Shown here: positions 19,497-28,916 of the stretch, piece after piece | Layout of the letters: the number at the start of each line of letters is the position of its first letter | Numbering within the stretch: the first letter of the stretch is position 1 | DNA from: Patescibacteria group bacterium | GTDB taxonomy: Bacteria > Patescibacteriota > Minisyncoccia > Phycocordibacterales > Phycocordibacteraceae | NCBI GenBank assembly: GCA_040384705.1 | Contig: JAZKIU010000001.1 | Span: forward strand, 229,675 to 293,674 | Direction: 5' to 3' | Length of the DNA stretch: 64,000 nt | The notes under the pieces: generated by a model | What the model was told of the DNA's origin: nothing | What the model saw: the letters and a program-made list of their open reading frames with translations, nothing else | Databases searched by the model: none | Translations under genes and position numbers: made by a program

Positions 19497-20498
19497 ATGC
19501 AGTTTTCGTTCTACCGACCGAAGCGGGATATACGCCGCAAGCTCATCCTGTGGGGCATAGGGGCGATAGCGCTCATCGTCACGTTCCTCCTTGTCTACTC
19601 CAACATGTTCGGGCCGGTCGCGCAGTATGCAGAACCCGAGGAATTCATTGTGAATCCGGACACTCCCATCGAGGAAGTGGCGTCGGGCCTCAAGGAATTG
19701 AATTTCATAAAGAGCGAGCTCGCGTTCCGTATGGCATATGCGCTAACGGGCCACGAAGATATCGTTGAGGGAGGGTACAAGATAAGCCGGAGCCAGGACG
19801 CGTGGACCCTCGCGGAAGCGTTCGCGCGTCCCCCGTACCTTGCGTGGGTCACCATCCCGCCCGGGCTGCGCAAGGAGCAGATAGCGGAACTGCTGCAGAG
19901 GAAGCTCGGATGGACCGATGAGCAGGTCGAGAAGTGGGTGACGGTCGATACCGCTCCTGATGCCACCCTCATCGAGGGCGTGTACTTCGGCGATACGTAC
20001 CTCATCGCGTCCGACCAATCACCGGAGCAAGTAGCGCAGCGGCTGCGCGGCCGGTTCGAGGAAGTCTTCGCGCCGTACGCGGATCAGGCTGCCGACATGG
20101 ACCTCTCGTGGAACGAGCTCATCACGATGGCGTCACTCGTCGAGCGCGAGTCTGCGAAGAATGACAAAGCGCTCGTCGCAGGCATCATGTGGAATCGTCT
20201 CGATACTGGCATGCGGCTCCAGGTGGACGCTACCTTCCAGTACATCCGCGGGAAGAAAGGGAACTGGTGGCCAACACCGACCAAGGATGATAAATACATC
20301 GACTCACCATTCAATACGTATAAATACGCGGGACTCCCGCCGCACCCTATTGCTAACCCGAGCCTTGCTTCGATAAAAGCGGTGCTTGAGCCCGAGAACA
20401 CCGACTGCCTCTACTACCTCCATGATATGGATGGGGTAATACATTGCTCCGCGAACTATGCGGGGCAGCTGAGGAACGTTGATACGTATTTGCGATAG
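19497..20498 (+). CDS. mltG: endolytic transglycosylase MltG
   Basis: ASLVERE, MRLQVDAT, SPFNTYKYAGLPPHPIANP motifs. Confidence 0.93.
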   Translation: MQFSFYRPKRDIRRKLILWGIGAIALIVTFLLVYSNMFGPVAQYAEPEEFIVNPDTPIEEVASGLKELNFIKSELAFRMAYALTGHEDIVEGGYKISRSQDAWTLAEAFARPPYLAWVTIPPGLRKEQIAELLQRKLGWTDEQVEKWVTVDTAPDATLIEGVYFGDTYLIASDQSPEQVAQRLRGRFEEVFAPYADQAADMDLSWNELITMASLVERESAKNDKALVAGIMWNRLDTGMRLQVDATFQYIRGKKGNWWPTPTKDDKYIDSPFNTYKYAGLPPHPIANPSLASIKAVLEPENTDCLYYLHDMDGVIHCSANYAGQLRNVDTYLR

Positions 20499-20563
20499 GT
20501 TCGATACCTAGTCTGCCAGCAAGAACTCCGCGCCTTTCAGGGCGCGGAGTGCGAGGTCTTCCT

Positions 20564-20857
20564 TCAACGTAGGTCACCTTGTCCTTCGAGGAGGTTCAAG
20601 GCTGCATTCCGAATGCGGATCTTCATGGCGTCGTCCACCGCGTCCGGATAGCCGGCGAGAAGCCGGACGGCCTCGATGGGGATGATCGCACCGAGTGTTC
20701 GTCCGTAGCGGTGAAAGCCCGTGATGCTCTTGAGCCCGAAGGCATCTTGGAGAATGTCTGGGAGGTTCCTTCTCCCCTCAGAGGTGGAGCAGAAACGTGC
20801 GGGGAATGCGGGAGTGGTACTCCCAAGCAACCACTGTTTACGAGTTCCCGAGGACAT
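20564..20857 (-). CDS. Phd/YefM-like antitoxin-domain protein
   Basis: STSEGRRNLPDILQDA....TGFHRYGRTLGAIIPIE matches the Phd pattern; AGGAG SD. Confidence 0.55.
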   Translation of the reverse strand: MSSGTRKQWLLGSTTPAFPARFCSTSEGRRNLPDILQDAFGLKSITGFHRYGRTLGAIIPIEAVRLLAGYPDAVDDAMKIRIRNAALNLLEGQGDLR

Positions 20858-20999
20858 GAGCGTTCTCCTGAATGAGTCTAGACAGAACCTAACATGGATT
20901 GCATAAGGGTTCCAACCTCGTGCCAGATCCTCGCAAAAATAAAAAAAAGACCGCCACACGGATGTCGTGGGCGGTCTTTTGGGCGGTGACCGATTCGGG

Positions 21000-21209
21000 T
21001 TAGACCAAAGTCATGTATCCGCGCGGGATACTGACCTGGGAAGGATCGATCCCATGCTTGTGCAGGAAGTTCAGCAGGTCTTGAAGCGTGATGCTGTCGC
21101 GGTTGCCGTGGAAACCGGGATTCGTTCCAAGAGCCCTCTTTCCCTTCGCGCTCCCGCTTTTCAGCGGAGCGCGGATATAGAATTTGTCGGTGCTTCGTGC
21201 GCGCGGCAT
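21000..21209 (-). CDS. 69-aa hypothetical protein
   Basis: GAGGAGG SD, TTGACA-16-TATAGT promoter, downstream terminator (20946-20980). Confidence 0.6.
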   Translation of the reverse strand: MPRARSTDKFYIRAPLKSGSAKGKRALGTNPGFHGNRDSITLQDLLNFLHKHGIDPSQVSIPRGYMTLV

Positions 21210-21455
21210 TTCGCCCTCCTCGCAGTTGGTACAGTTCGGTATCTACTATACGCATTATATTGACTTTGTCAATCACGACGGTTCTCGCATCGGGCGCAAC
21301 CACATCGTAGCTTTCGCGTACTCAGGTAAGGCAGGACGGGGTCGCGCTGGATTCCTTTATATAGCTAATGGATTGACGCTTCATCTATATAAAGGTATTC
21401 TATTTTCAATTGCCCGCGGGGCCTTTTTATTTTATTCGCAAGCCAGATTCGTCAT

Positions 21456-23243
21456 ATGGAAACCCGGAATATCGCCATCATCGCCCACGTGGATCACGGA
21501 AAGACCACGCTCACCGACGCCATCCTCAAGGAAACGGGCGCCGCAGCCGCTGGCGTGTCCATGGACTCCAACGCGCTCGAGCACGAGCGTGGTATCACCA
21601 TCTACTCCAAGAACGCCTCGGTGGAGTACAAGGGAACGAAGATAAACATCGTCGACACCCCGGGACACTCCGACTTCGGCTCTGAAGTTGAGCGCGTGCT
21701 CCGTTCCATCGATTCGGTGCTCCTCATCGTGGACGCGCAGGAAGGTCCTATGCCGCAGACCCGCTTCGTACTTAAGAAGTCGCTCGAGCTCGGCCTCAAG
21801 CCTATCGTGGTGCTCAATAAGATAGACAAGCCAGCAGCGGACCCCGATCGCGCCGAAGAGCAGGTGCTTGAGCTCTTCCTCGAGCTCGGTGCTTCTGATG
21901 AGCAGTCCGACTTCAAGGTGGTATATGCCATCGGCCGCGAAGGCGTCGCCATGAAGAAGCTCGACGACGAGCGCGTGAACCTCGAACCGCTTCTCGATAC
22001 CGTTCTTGAGAACGTACCGGCAGCGTCTGAAGCTGGGGACGAAGCGAAGCCCCTCAAGCTCCAGTCATTCAATCTCGCGTACGATAACTTCCTCGGCCGC
22101 CTCGCCATCTGCCGCGTATACGAGGGAACCCTCACTCCGGGACAGAACGTCATCGTGAAGAAGCCCGACGGCACCGCACGTAACGGAAAGACGACGAAGA
22201 TATTCACCTTCAAGGGTCTTGAGCGCATCGAAGCTACGGAGGCGACCGCAGGCGACATCGTCATCGTCGCCGGTCTCCCTGACGTATTCATCGGAGAGAC
22301 CATCACTACCGACCCTGCTATGGAGCCGATGCCCGCTATCGCCATCGACGAGCCGACCATCACAGTGAACTTCCTCGTGAACAACTCACCATTCGCCGGA
22401 CGCGAAGGGAAGTACGTGACGAGCCGCCAGCTCCGCGAATACCTCGAGCGCGAGCTCGAAGTGAACGTGGGACTCAAGGTGGACTTCGTTTCCCCTGACG
22501 CCTTCAAGGTTTCGGGCCGCGGTGAGCTCCACATCGCTATCCTCCTCGAGAACATGCGCCGTGCAGGATACGAGATGCAGGTCTCCCAGCCGCAGGTAAT
22601 CATCCGCGAGGAGGAGGGCCAGAAGCTCGAGCCGTACGAGGAGGTCACTATCGATACCCCTACCGAATTCCAGGGCGCGATCATCGAGCGCCTGGGTACC
22701 CGCGCATTCGTGCTCATGAACCTCGTGCAGCACGGCGACACGGTGCGCCTCACGCTCGAGGGCCCTACTCGCGGCCTTCTCGGATACCGCAACCAGTTCG
22801 TCGTCGACACCAAGGGCGAAGGGATACTTTCAACGCGCGTGCTCGGCTTCAAGCCGTACGCAGGCGAGATAAAGAAGCGCCAGGTGGGCTCCATGATCTC
22901 CATGGCGACCGGCAAGGCGCTCGGCTACGCGCTTTGGAGCATGCAGGAGCGTGGCGTCCTCTACATCACCCCAGCTACCGAAGTGTACGAAGGCATGGTG
23001 GTGGGCAATACCTCGAAGGGCGAGGAGATGGTGGTGAACCCGACCAAAGGAAAGAACCAGAGCAACGTCCGCTCGTCCGGTATGGACGAGGCCATCAACC
23101 TCGTGCCTGCATTCACCCTCTCCATCGAGCGCGGCCTCGAAGTCATGACCGACGACGAGTACCTCGAGATCACACCGCTATCGGTGCGTCTGCGTAAGCA
23201 GGGGCTTACTGAGAGCGATCGCTCAAAGAACCGCCGCTCATAG
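21456..23243 (+). CDS. typA: translational GTPase TypA/BipA
   Basis: RNIAIIAHVDHGKTT, ERGITI, DTPGHSDFG, GRGELH, VYEGMVVG motifs. Confidence 0.96.
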   Translation: METRNIAIIAHVDHGKTTLTDAILKETGAAAAGVSMDSNALEHERGITIYSKNASVEYKGTKINIVDTPGHSDFGSEVERVLRSIDSVLLIVDAQEGPMPQTRFVLKKSLELGLKPIVVLNKIDKPAADPDRAEEQVLELFLELGASDEQSDFKVVYAIGREGVAMKKLDDERVNLEPLLDTVLENVPAASEAGDEAKPLKLQSFNLAYDNFLGRLAICRVYEGTLTPGQNVIVKKPDGTARNGKTTKIFTFKGLERIEATEATAGDIVIVAGLPDVFIGETITTDPAMEPMPAIAIDEPTITVNFLVNNSPFAGREGKYVTSRQLREYLERELEVNVGLKVDFVSPDAFKVSGRGELHIAILLENMRRAGYEMQVSQPQVIIREEEGQKLEPYEEVTIDTPTEFQGAIIERLGTRAFVLMNLVQHGDTVRLTLEGPTRGLLGYRNQFVVDTKGEGILSTRVLGFKPYAGEIKKRQVGSMISMATGKALGYALWSMQERGVLYITPATEVYEGMVVGNTSKGEEMVVNPTKGKNQSNVRSSGMDEAINLVPAFTLSIERGLEVMTDDEYLEITPLSVRLRKQGLTESDRSKNRRS

Positions 23244-23383
23244 AGAAAGCCGAGCTTAGCTCGGCTTTTTCTTTGCATTGTGGAGCAGGCATATCTCTGC
23301 TAGGTTACGTCGGGTTTCACCGAATCAATCAAGCGGGTAGATGAAGGCATTGTGCCTAAAATGCCCGAAGGGAGGTCTTTGTC

Positions 23384-23722
23384 ATGACTCAAGGCACGTT
23401 CGACGACCGATTCCAGGCGCTCATGCATCAGAGACGTCAAACGTCCCTCGAGGAGCAGCAACTCCGCGGTGTCGAAGAAGTGGGTTTCCGCGTGGCTATC
23501 TCGATGGATGAATCGGAGGAGGGCCGCCAAGAGCTTCGATTGGGCGAAAACACCCTCATCGCCTGGTTCCGCTCTGGCTGCAAGAACAAGGGCGGAGCGG
23601 AGTGCACCGCAATGGGTGTGGAGCTCATCCGTCCGCCGGAACTGACTCACGAGCAGTACGCGGTGGCGAAAACCTGGCTCGCGGGACTGATCGAAGCTCA
23701 TGTGTGCCAGCATCTTCTATAA
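23384..23722 (+). CDS. hypothetical protein (ORFan-like)
   Basis: GGGAGG SD; followed by hairpin gaagggacgg..ccgtcccttc. Confidence 0.6.
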   Translation: MTQGTFDDRFQALMHQRRQTSLEEQQLRGVEEVGFRVAISMDESEEGRQELRLGENTLIAWFRSGCKNKGGAECTAMGVELIRPPELTHEQYAVAKTWLAGLIEAHVCQHLL

Positions 23723-23820
23723 AGTTGAAGAAAGGGACGGTCCATCAGGGCCGTCCCTTCACCATTTCTATATATAGCTTTTCATACCGTATAAGGGTTA
23801 TTAGTCACTAACGAAATTCC

Positions 23821-23973
23821 ATGTTCTACACCATCGCAGTGATACTTCTGGTGCTCTGGCTTCTCGGCCTCGTGACGTCGTACACGCTTGGTGGATTCAT
23901 CCATCTGCTTCTCGTCGTCGCGGTCATCATGGTCCTGGTGCGTCTCATCCAGGGCAGAAACCCGATAGCCTAA
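23821..23973 (+). CDS. lmo0937-family small membrane protein (50 aa)
   Basis: Manual translation MFYTIAVILLVLWLLGLVTSYTLGGFIHLLLVVAVIMVLVRLIQGRNPIA*. Confidence 0.85.
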   Translation: MFYTIAVILLVLWLLGLVTSYTLGGFIHLLLVVAVIMVLVRLIQGRNPIA

Positions 23974-23979
23974 AACTGT

Positions 23980-24283
23980 ATGCCGCGCGGGGATAAATCA
24001 GCGTACTACCGACAAGCAGAAGCGCCAAGCCGAGTATATCGAAGAAGGATATGAGGAGCGGGGCGTACCTGAAAAGGAAGCTGAAGCCCGCGCATGGGCC
24101 ACGGTGAACAAGATGACCGGAGGAGGCAAGAAGAGCGGTTCAGGAAGAGGGAAGAAGGTGAACAAGGCGCCCGCGAAGAAAGGCGGCCGCAAGGGCGGGG
24201 CAGCGAGTGCTAAGCGCTCTGCGGCCGCGAAGTCCAAGTCAGCTAAGAAAGCCGCCGGTACGCGGGCGAGACAGAAGAGCTGA
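23980..24283 (+). pseudogene. frameshifted basic stress-associated protein (MPRGDKSAYTDKQKRQAE family)
   Basis: Removing the T at 24007 gives MPRGDKSAYTDKQKRQAEYIEEGYEERG..EAEARAWATVNK..GGGKKSGSGRG..; the uncorrected frame stops early. Confidence 0.75.
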
Positions 24284-24299
24284 TACGGACGTAAGGGAA

Positions 24300-24338
24300 A
24301 CAACGAGGCACCGTCATGGCGGTGCCTCGTTGTTTTTG
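24300..24338 (+). terminator. intrinsic terminator
   Basis: aacaacgaggcaccg-tcatgg-cggtgcctcgttgttttt. Confidence 0.8.
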
Positions 24339-24426
24339 GGCGAGGGTGGTAACATCCGGCCAGAAGAAGGAGTTCTACGGTATAGAGCCGCGCTCTTCGA
24401 CACTCTAACCCCTTATCTAGGAGCAT

Positions 24427-24975
24427 GTGATGACGGACGTTCCGCTTACGCCTGAGCAACTGCTCCGCAGAGCGAAAAGCCAGGTAACTGCACCGGCTTC
24501 CGGCCGCATCCTGGTGATGCTGTGCCCGGAAATGCCCGAATGGAATACCTTCGACGAGCTCGTCTCGCTCGGAGCGCCCAGTACCGATGCCGGATGCCGC
24601 TCCCGCATGTGGGAGGGAGCCCGGACGTGCTGCGAGCATAGGAAGGCAGGACGACCGCTTATCCTGCTCAACTACGGGCTCGGCAGCCATACGTATCTCG
24701 ATGACCCCCTCGCGTGGGGCCGGAAGGAGGGATTGGTTCCTGCGTGCGTCCATACATGCCTCGGCATTTCGGCTGCGCACCCCAATCTTCCGATTGACCG
24801 GTTTAAGCTCCATAGCGAACCGGGATTCAGCCTCTTCGTCCCGATCGTATACGACCATGAGAGCGAACGCCGCAACTTCCGTATCGGGTACAACGGGATC
24901 CGGCGCACGCTCGAGTGCTCATGGGCGGGATATGGGATAAGCGGGCACAACTGGTCCGTGTTCGAGGCCGCTTAG
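24427..24975 (+). CDS. hypothetical Cys/His-rich protein (ORFan-like)
   Basis: AGGAG SD; own hairpin terminator at ~24987-25020. Confidence 0.6.
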   Translation: MMTDVPLTPEQLLRRAKSQVTAPASGRILVMLCPEMPEWNTFDELVSLGAPSTDAGCRSRMWEGARTCCEHRKAGRPLILLNYGLGSHTYLDDPLAWGRKEGLVPACVHTCLGISAAHPNLPIDRFKLHSEPGFSLFVPIVYDHESERRNFRIGYNGIRRTLECSWAGYGISGHNWSVFEAA

Positions 24976-25032
24976 TTGCCTGATTCGACGCCTCGCCCTG
25001 CTTTCGGGCGGGGCGTCATTTGTTTACACACC

Positions 25033-25214
25033 TTGCAAAACAAGGAGGTAAGTGCTATAGTTCCCCCACAACGGTTACTCCATAGTGTTTGACGTCTTGA
25101 GAGCGAACTCATCAGGACCAGCCAAAGCGGAAAGCGCATCGGCTTGAAACTCTCGAGGACGGTTGATTACTCAACACGAAGAGCGATTACGCTCTCGTTC
25201 AAACAGATACATAC
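25033..25214 (+). promoter_or_regulatory. promoter and ~150-nt structured 5' leader of the DEAD-box helicase gene
   Basis: TTGCAA-17-TATAGT; nested stems 25085-25103/25150-25177, 25120-23/25141-44, 25181-85/25190-94. Confidence 0.6.
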
Positions 25215-26624
25215 ATGCAAAATAGCAATTTCTCTTCACGCGATAAGCGTGGAGGCAATCGGTCGGGTGGTTCATCCTCCCGTCCTAGCCGCAGCGGCTC
25301 CAGCCGTGGTGGCGCAAGCAACGCGTACGAAGCGGGCATGCAGTTCGCTCTTGCGAACGGCGCTCCTCGTCGTCCTCAGCGTAGTTTCGGACCGCCTCGT
25401 GGCGGTGGCGGCTCCCGTGGCCCCTCGTCCTCTTCGCGTCCTTCGTTCGACCGTGGCCCTCGTGGTGGCGGTTCCTCGAACCGTTCCGGCGGCAAGCGCG
25501 GCTTCCAGGAGATGAACGTCGACCTGAATAAGCTCATCAACAAGGCCTCAGCACCTGAAACGGTAGAGGCATACGTACCCGAGCACGCATTCGCGGGCTT
25601 CGCTATCGATGAACGCCTCAAAGCGAACATCGCAAGCAAGGGATACGTCACCCCAACCCCTATCCAGGACCAGTCCATACCGCACGTCCTCAAGGGGCTC
25701 GATGTGGTTGGTCTCGCGAACACGGGTACTGGCAAGACAGCGGCATTCCTCATTCCGCTCATCGACAAGGTGCTCAAGTTCCGTGCGCTCGGCCAGACTG
25801 AGCGCGTGCTCATCATGGTTCCTACCCGCGAGCTCGCCATCCAGATTGAGCAGGAGTTCTTCGGCTTCGCCAAGGGCCTCCAGCTCAATTCAGTGACCAT
25901 CGTCGGAGGAGCTAACATCTCTCCGCAGATTCGTGTCCTTCGCCGCAACCCTTCCTTCGTCATTGGTACGCCCGGACGTCTCAAGGACATCATGGAGCGC
26001 AAGGAGCTCGACCTCTCCGACTTCGGTACCGTTGTTCTCGACGAGGCCGATCGCATGCTCGACATGGGATTCATCAACGATATGCGTTTCATCATGGGCT
26101 TCATGCGGAACGTCCGTCACACGCTCTTCTTCTCGGCAACGCTGTCGAAGGATATCGAGCGCCTCATCGGAGAGTTCCTCAAGGATCCGGTCCGCGTCTC
26201 GGTGAAGACCCGCGAGACCTCGCACACCATCGACCAGGACGTCGTGCGCGTCGCGCCTTCCGAGAAGCTCAACAAGCTCGTTGACCTTCTCCAGGCTCCG
26301 GACATGGAACGCGTGCTCGTCTTCGGACGCACCAAGCACGGCGTGGAGCGCCTCGCGAAGGACCTTCGCCAGGCCGGCATCAAGGCCGATTCCATCCACG
26401 GCAACAAGACGCACTCCGCGCGCCAGAAGGCCCTTGGGCTCTTCAAGCAGTCGCATGTGCGCGTGCTTGTGGCAACTGACGTCGCGGCTCGTGGTCTCGA
26501 CATCTCGGGGGTGACGCACGTCATCAACTTCGACCTGCCGGGCACCTACGAGGATTACACCCACCGCATCGGCCGCACTGGTCGCGCGGGCATGGGTGGG
26601 AAGGCGCTTACGTTCATCTCATAA
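25215..26624 (+). CDS. DEAD-box RNA helicase with RGG-rich N-terminus
   Basis: Q motif PTPIQ, GTGKT, PTRELA, DEAD, SAT, ARGLD, HRIGRTGR. Confidence 0.96.
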   Translation: MQNSNFSSRDKRGGNRSGGSSSRPSRSGSSRGGASNAYEAGMQFALANGAPRRPQRSFGPPRGGGGSRGPSSSSRPSFDRGPRGGGSSNRSGGKRGFQEMNVDLNKLINKASAPETVEAYVPEHAFAGFAIDERLKANIASKGYVTPTPIQDQSIPHVLKGLDVVGLANTGTGKTAAFLIPLIDKVLKFRALGQTERVLIMVPTRELAIQIEQEFFGFAKGLQLNSVTIVGGANISPQIRVLRRNPSFVIGTPGRLKDIMERKELDLSDFGTVVLDEADRMLDMGFINDMRFIMGFMRNVRHTLFFSATLSKDIERLIGEFLKDPVRVSVKTRETSHTIDQDVVRVAPSEKLNKLVDLLQAPDMERVLVFGRTKHGVERLAKDLRQAGIKADSIHGNKTHSARQKALGLFKQSHVRVLVATDVAARGLDISGVTHVINFDLPGTYEDYTHRIGRTGRAGMGGKALTFIS

Positions 26625-26641
26625 GGGATCGAACGACGCCA

Positions 26642-26676
26642 CACAAAAGCCGCGGCACTGCCCGCGGCTTTTGTGC
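26642..26676. terminator. intrinsic terminator
   Basis: cacaaaagccgcgg-cactgc-ccgcggcttttgtg. Confidence 0.85.
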
Positions 26677-26739
26677 TATTTGACTCCTAGAATGAGTACC
26701 GCACTATGTATCTAGATGGTTTAAACTCGGAGAACGCAG

Positions 26740-27186
26740 ATGCCGAATCGCCCGCTTGTGCCGAAGGATTTCAGTTTCACCTTGCTTGACGCAATGAGTA
26801 GCGAGTTTGAGGGAGGGCAAGACTTCCAACTCATCGCCCTTCATTTCATGGAGCATGTCACGGAATGGAAGGAACGCGCGAAGACTCGCGGCCTTGAGCA
26901 TTTCATTCCGGAGGATGCAGAACCTTTTATGGAAGGGATCGCGTGCGCACTCAAACGGTCGATGAAGGGCAGCGCCGATCTCGCGCCGGTTCCAAGCATA
27001 CCGGTTCCTGATGCGTACGCTGCGGCTGAGGCCTTCGCGAAGCGGCTGCTCGCTTTCGACGTAGTCCGAGCTTCGACCGAAGAACGGTCAGGTATTCGGA
27101 AATTCCTCGCCGATTTCCACAGTGGCATGATGACGAATCTGGAAGATACTTTCTTTCATGGTCGGCGTCGGCGCCATGCCCTCTGA
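26740..27186 (+). CDS. hypothetical protein (ORFan-like)
   Basis: TTGACT..CACTAT promoter, GGAG SD, terminator at ~27196-27229. Confidence 0.6.
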   Translation: MPNRPLVPKDFSFTLLDAMSSEFEGGQDFQLIALHFMEHVTEWKERAKTRGLEHFIPEDAEPFMEGIACALKRSMKGSADLAPVPSIPVPDAYAAAEAFAKRLLAFDVVRASTEERSGIRKFLADFHSGMMTNLEDTFFHGRRRRHAL

Positions 27187-27270
27187 CTGATGCGGCAAAG
27201 ACCCCAGGCGCTTGCGCCTGGGGTTTTGGTATACTAAGGGCTATTGGAAATAAAAGGGCGTAATACTTAT

Positions 27271-27969
27271 ATGGAAAAAGCAGATACTGGTTCGTTCATG
27301 GAGAAGTACATGACCCCTATCGCGGTCATAGTGGGTGCGCTTATCATCGCAGGTGCGTTCGCGTTCGGTCGCGGGGATGGCATGCCTACGCAACCAGGGG
27401 AGCAGGCAGCGAAGGCAGTTAACATCAAGGATGTGAAGGATAACGGTCCGTTCCTGGGCGATAAGAACGCGCCGGTCGTCATGGCGTACTGGTTCGATTA
27501 CCAGTGCCCGTTCTGCAAGCAGTTCGAGCAGACGGCGATGGTGCAGATATACGACACCTATGTCGCGACCGGGAAAGTGAAGATCCTCATCAAGGACTTC
27601 CAGTTCCTCGGGCCTGATTCAGAAGCAGGCGCGCTCTACTCGCGTGCCGTATGGGAGGCGCATCCAGAGCTCTATTACGAGTGGTACAAGGCGATGTTCG
27701 TCGCGCAGGACGAAGAGCATGGCGGGTTCGGCGATGAGAAGAGCGTCGATACGCTGACTCGTGGTGTCGCCGGCATCGACGGCGACCGCGTCGCAGCGCT
27801 CGTAGCGTCCAATCGCGCCAAGTACTTGGAGGCCATCGCAGCTGACCGTGCAGAAGGTTCCGCGCTTGGCGTCACCGGCACCCCAGCGATGATAGTCGGG
27901 AAGTCGCTTCTCGCAGGCGCCCAGCCGTTCGCATCGGTCGCAGCGTTGATTGATGCAGAATTGAAGTAA
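27271..27969 (+). CDS. DsbA-family thiol-disulfide oxidoreductase
   Basis: N-terminal TM; DYQCPFC; GVTGTP cis-Pro loop. Confidence 0.9.
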   Translation: MEKADTGSFMEKYMTPIAVIVGALIIAGAFAFGRGDGMPTQPGEQAAKAVNIKDVKDNGPFLGDKNAPVVMAYWFDYQCPFCKQFEQTAMVQIYDTYVATGKVKILIKDFQFLGPDSEAGALYSRAVWEAHPELYYEWYKAMFVAQDEEHGGFGDEKSVDTLTRGVAGIDGDRVAALVASNRAKYLEAIAADRAEGSALGVTGTPAMIVGKSLLAGAQPFASVAALIDAELK

Positions 27970-28038
27970 TCAAAGACGCTTTTAACAAAATGGCCTTCCT
28001 ATAGGAAGGCCATTTTGCGTATACGCTATACTTCCTTT

Positions 28039-28233
28039 ATGAAAATCGAATGGAACACCGTGAACTGGTACTCGCAGGCAGTCGCTATCGTGCTCTTCGT
28101 CCTCGTGTTCGCGCTCGGGTTCTGGCTCGGGACCCAGTACCAGATGAGGGCATTCGAGAATGCCATCAAGGCCGAGCTCGAGGAGATGATGACGCAACCT
28201 GCTCCTTCTTCAGGCGAAGAAGCCGCTTCCTAG
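28039..28233 (+). CDS. small single-TM protein
   Basis: MKIEWNTVNWYSQAVAIVLFVLVFALGFWLG; TATACT 6 nt upstream. Confidence 0.65.
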   Translation: MKIEWNTVNWYSQAVAIVLFVLVFALGFWLGTQYQMRAFENAIKAELEEMMTQPAPSSGEEAAS

Positions 28234-28892
28234 GCCTTCTCGTTCACGCCGCGGAGGAAGAGGTATCCGCCGATGAATATGATGACGCCGCCCACGAGCG
28301 GCATGCCAATCGTGATGAGGAGCGAGCCTTCGGAGAAGTCGAGGAGCGAGCCGAAGAGGACGAGTGTCGCTGACATCACGGCCGAGAGCGGAAGCAGTAT
28401 GGAGATGAATATCGGATAGGGAAGGCGGGAGAGGCCGGTGCCGTACGAGATGAGCTCAGGGAGCGCGAAGCAGGTGAGGCACATATGGATGAAGCCTTTT
28501 ACCGTGCCTACATGCTCCACGACGCGGGACAGGAGGCCGTGCTCGTTCCCGGCTATCATCTTGCGTACGAAGGGGTACCCGAACCTGCGTGCGAGGAAGA
28601 ATGCACCCGTATATCCGAGGAAGTCACCGATGAGCACATACAGGAGCCCTGGCCAGAACCCGAAGAAGAGGCCGACGATAGGATAGAGGGGGGCGCCCGA
28701 TAGCGGGGCGATGATGACCGTCGATGCCTTGAGGAGTATGAACACGAGCGGCGCGAAGGGGCCCGACGCGAGCACGTACGCCTTCAGGGCTTCCATATCG
28801 ACGAAGAACGCTATGAGGACGAGGACGCCGATGGTGACGAGCAGCCCGATAACTCCCAACTGCTCGCTTATCTTGGCGTGGCGGATATTCAT
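28230..28892 (-). CDS. TVP38/TMEM64 (VTT/DedA-like) membrane protein
   Basis: GPFAPLVFI..APLSG..GLFFG..G..AFFLARRFG; start MNIRHAK. Confidence 0.82.
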   Translation of the reverse strand: MNIRHAKISEQLGVIGLLVTIGVLVLIAFFVDMEALKAYVLASGPFAPLVFILLKASTVIIAPLSGAPLYPIVGLFFGFWPGLLYVLIGDFLGYTGAFFLARRFGYPFVRKMIAGNEHGLLSRVVEHVGTVKGFIHMCLTCFALPELISYGTGLSRLPYPIFISILLPLSAVMSATLVLFGSLLDFSEGSLLITIGMPLVGGVIIFIGGYLFLRGVNEKA

Positions 28893-28916
28893 GTGTATGG
28901 AGTATAAACTATGGAC

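Noticed and set aside
25095-25160. Hammerhead ribozyme (CUGAUGA on minus; CUCAUCA...GAAAC on plus) or SRP RNA (UCAGG) in the helicase leader
   Set aside because: The minus strand lacks the following GAAA; the plus strand lacks G5/G8 and stem I; the SRP GNRA/AGCAG arrangement is absent
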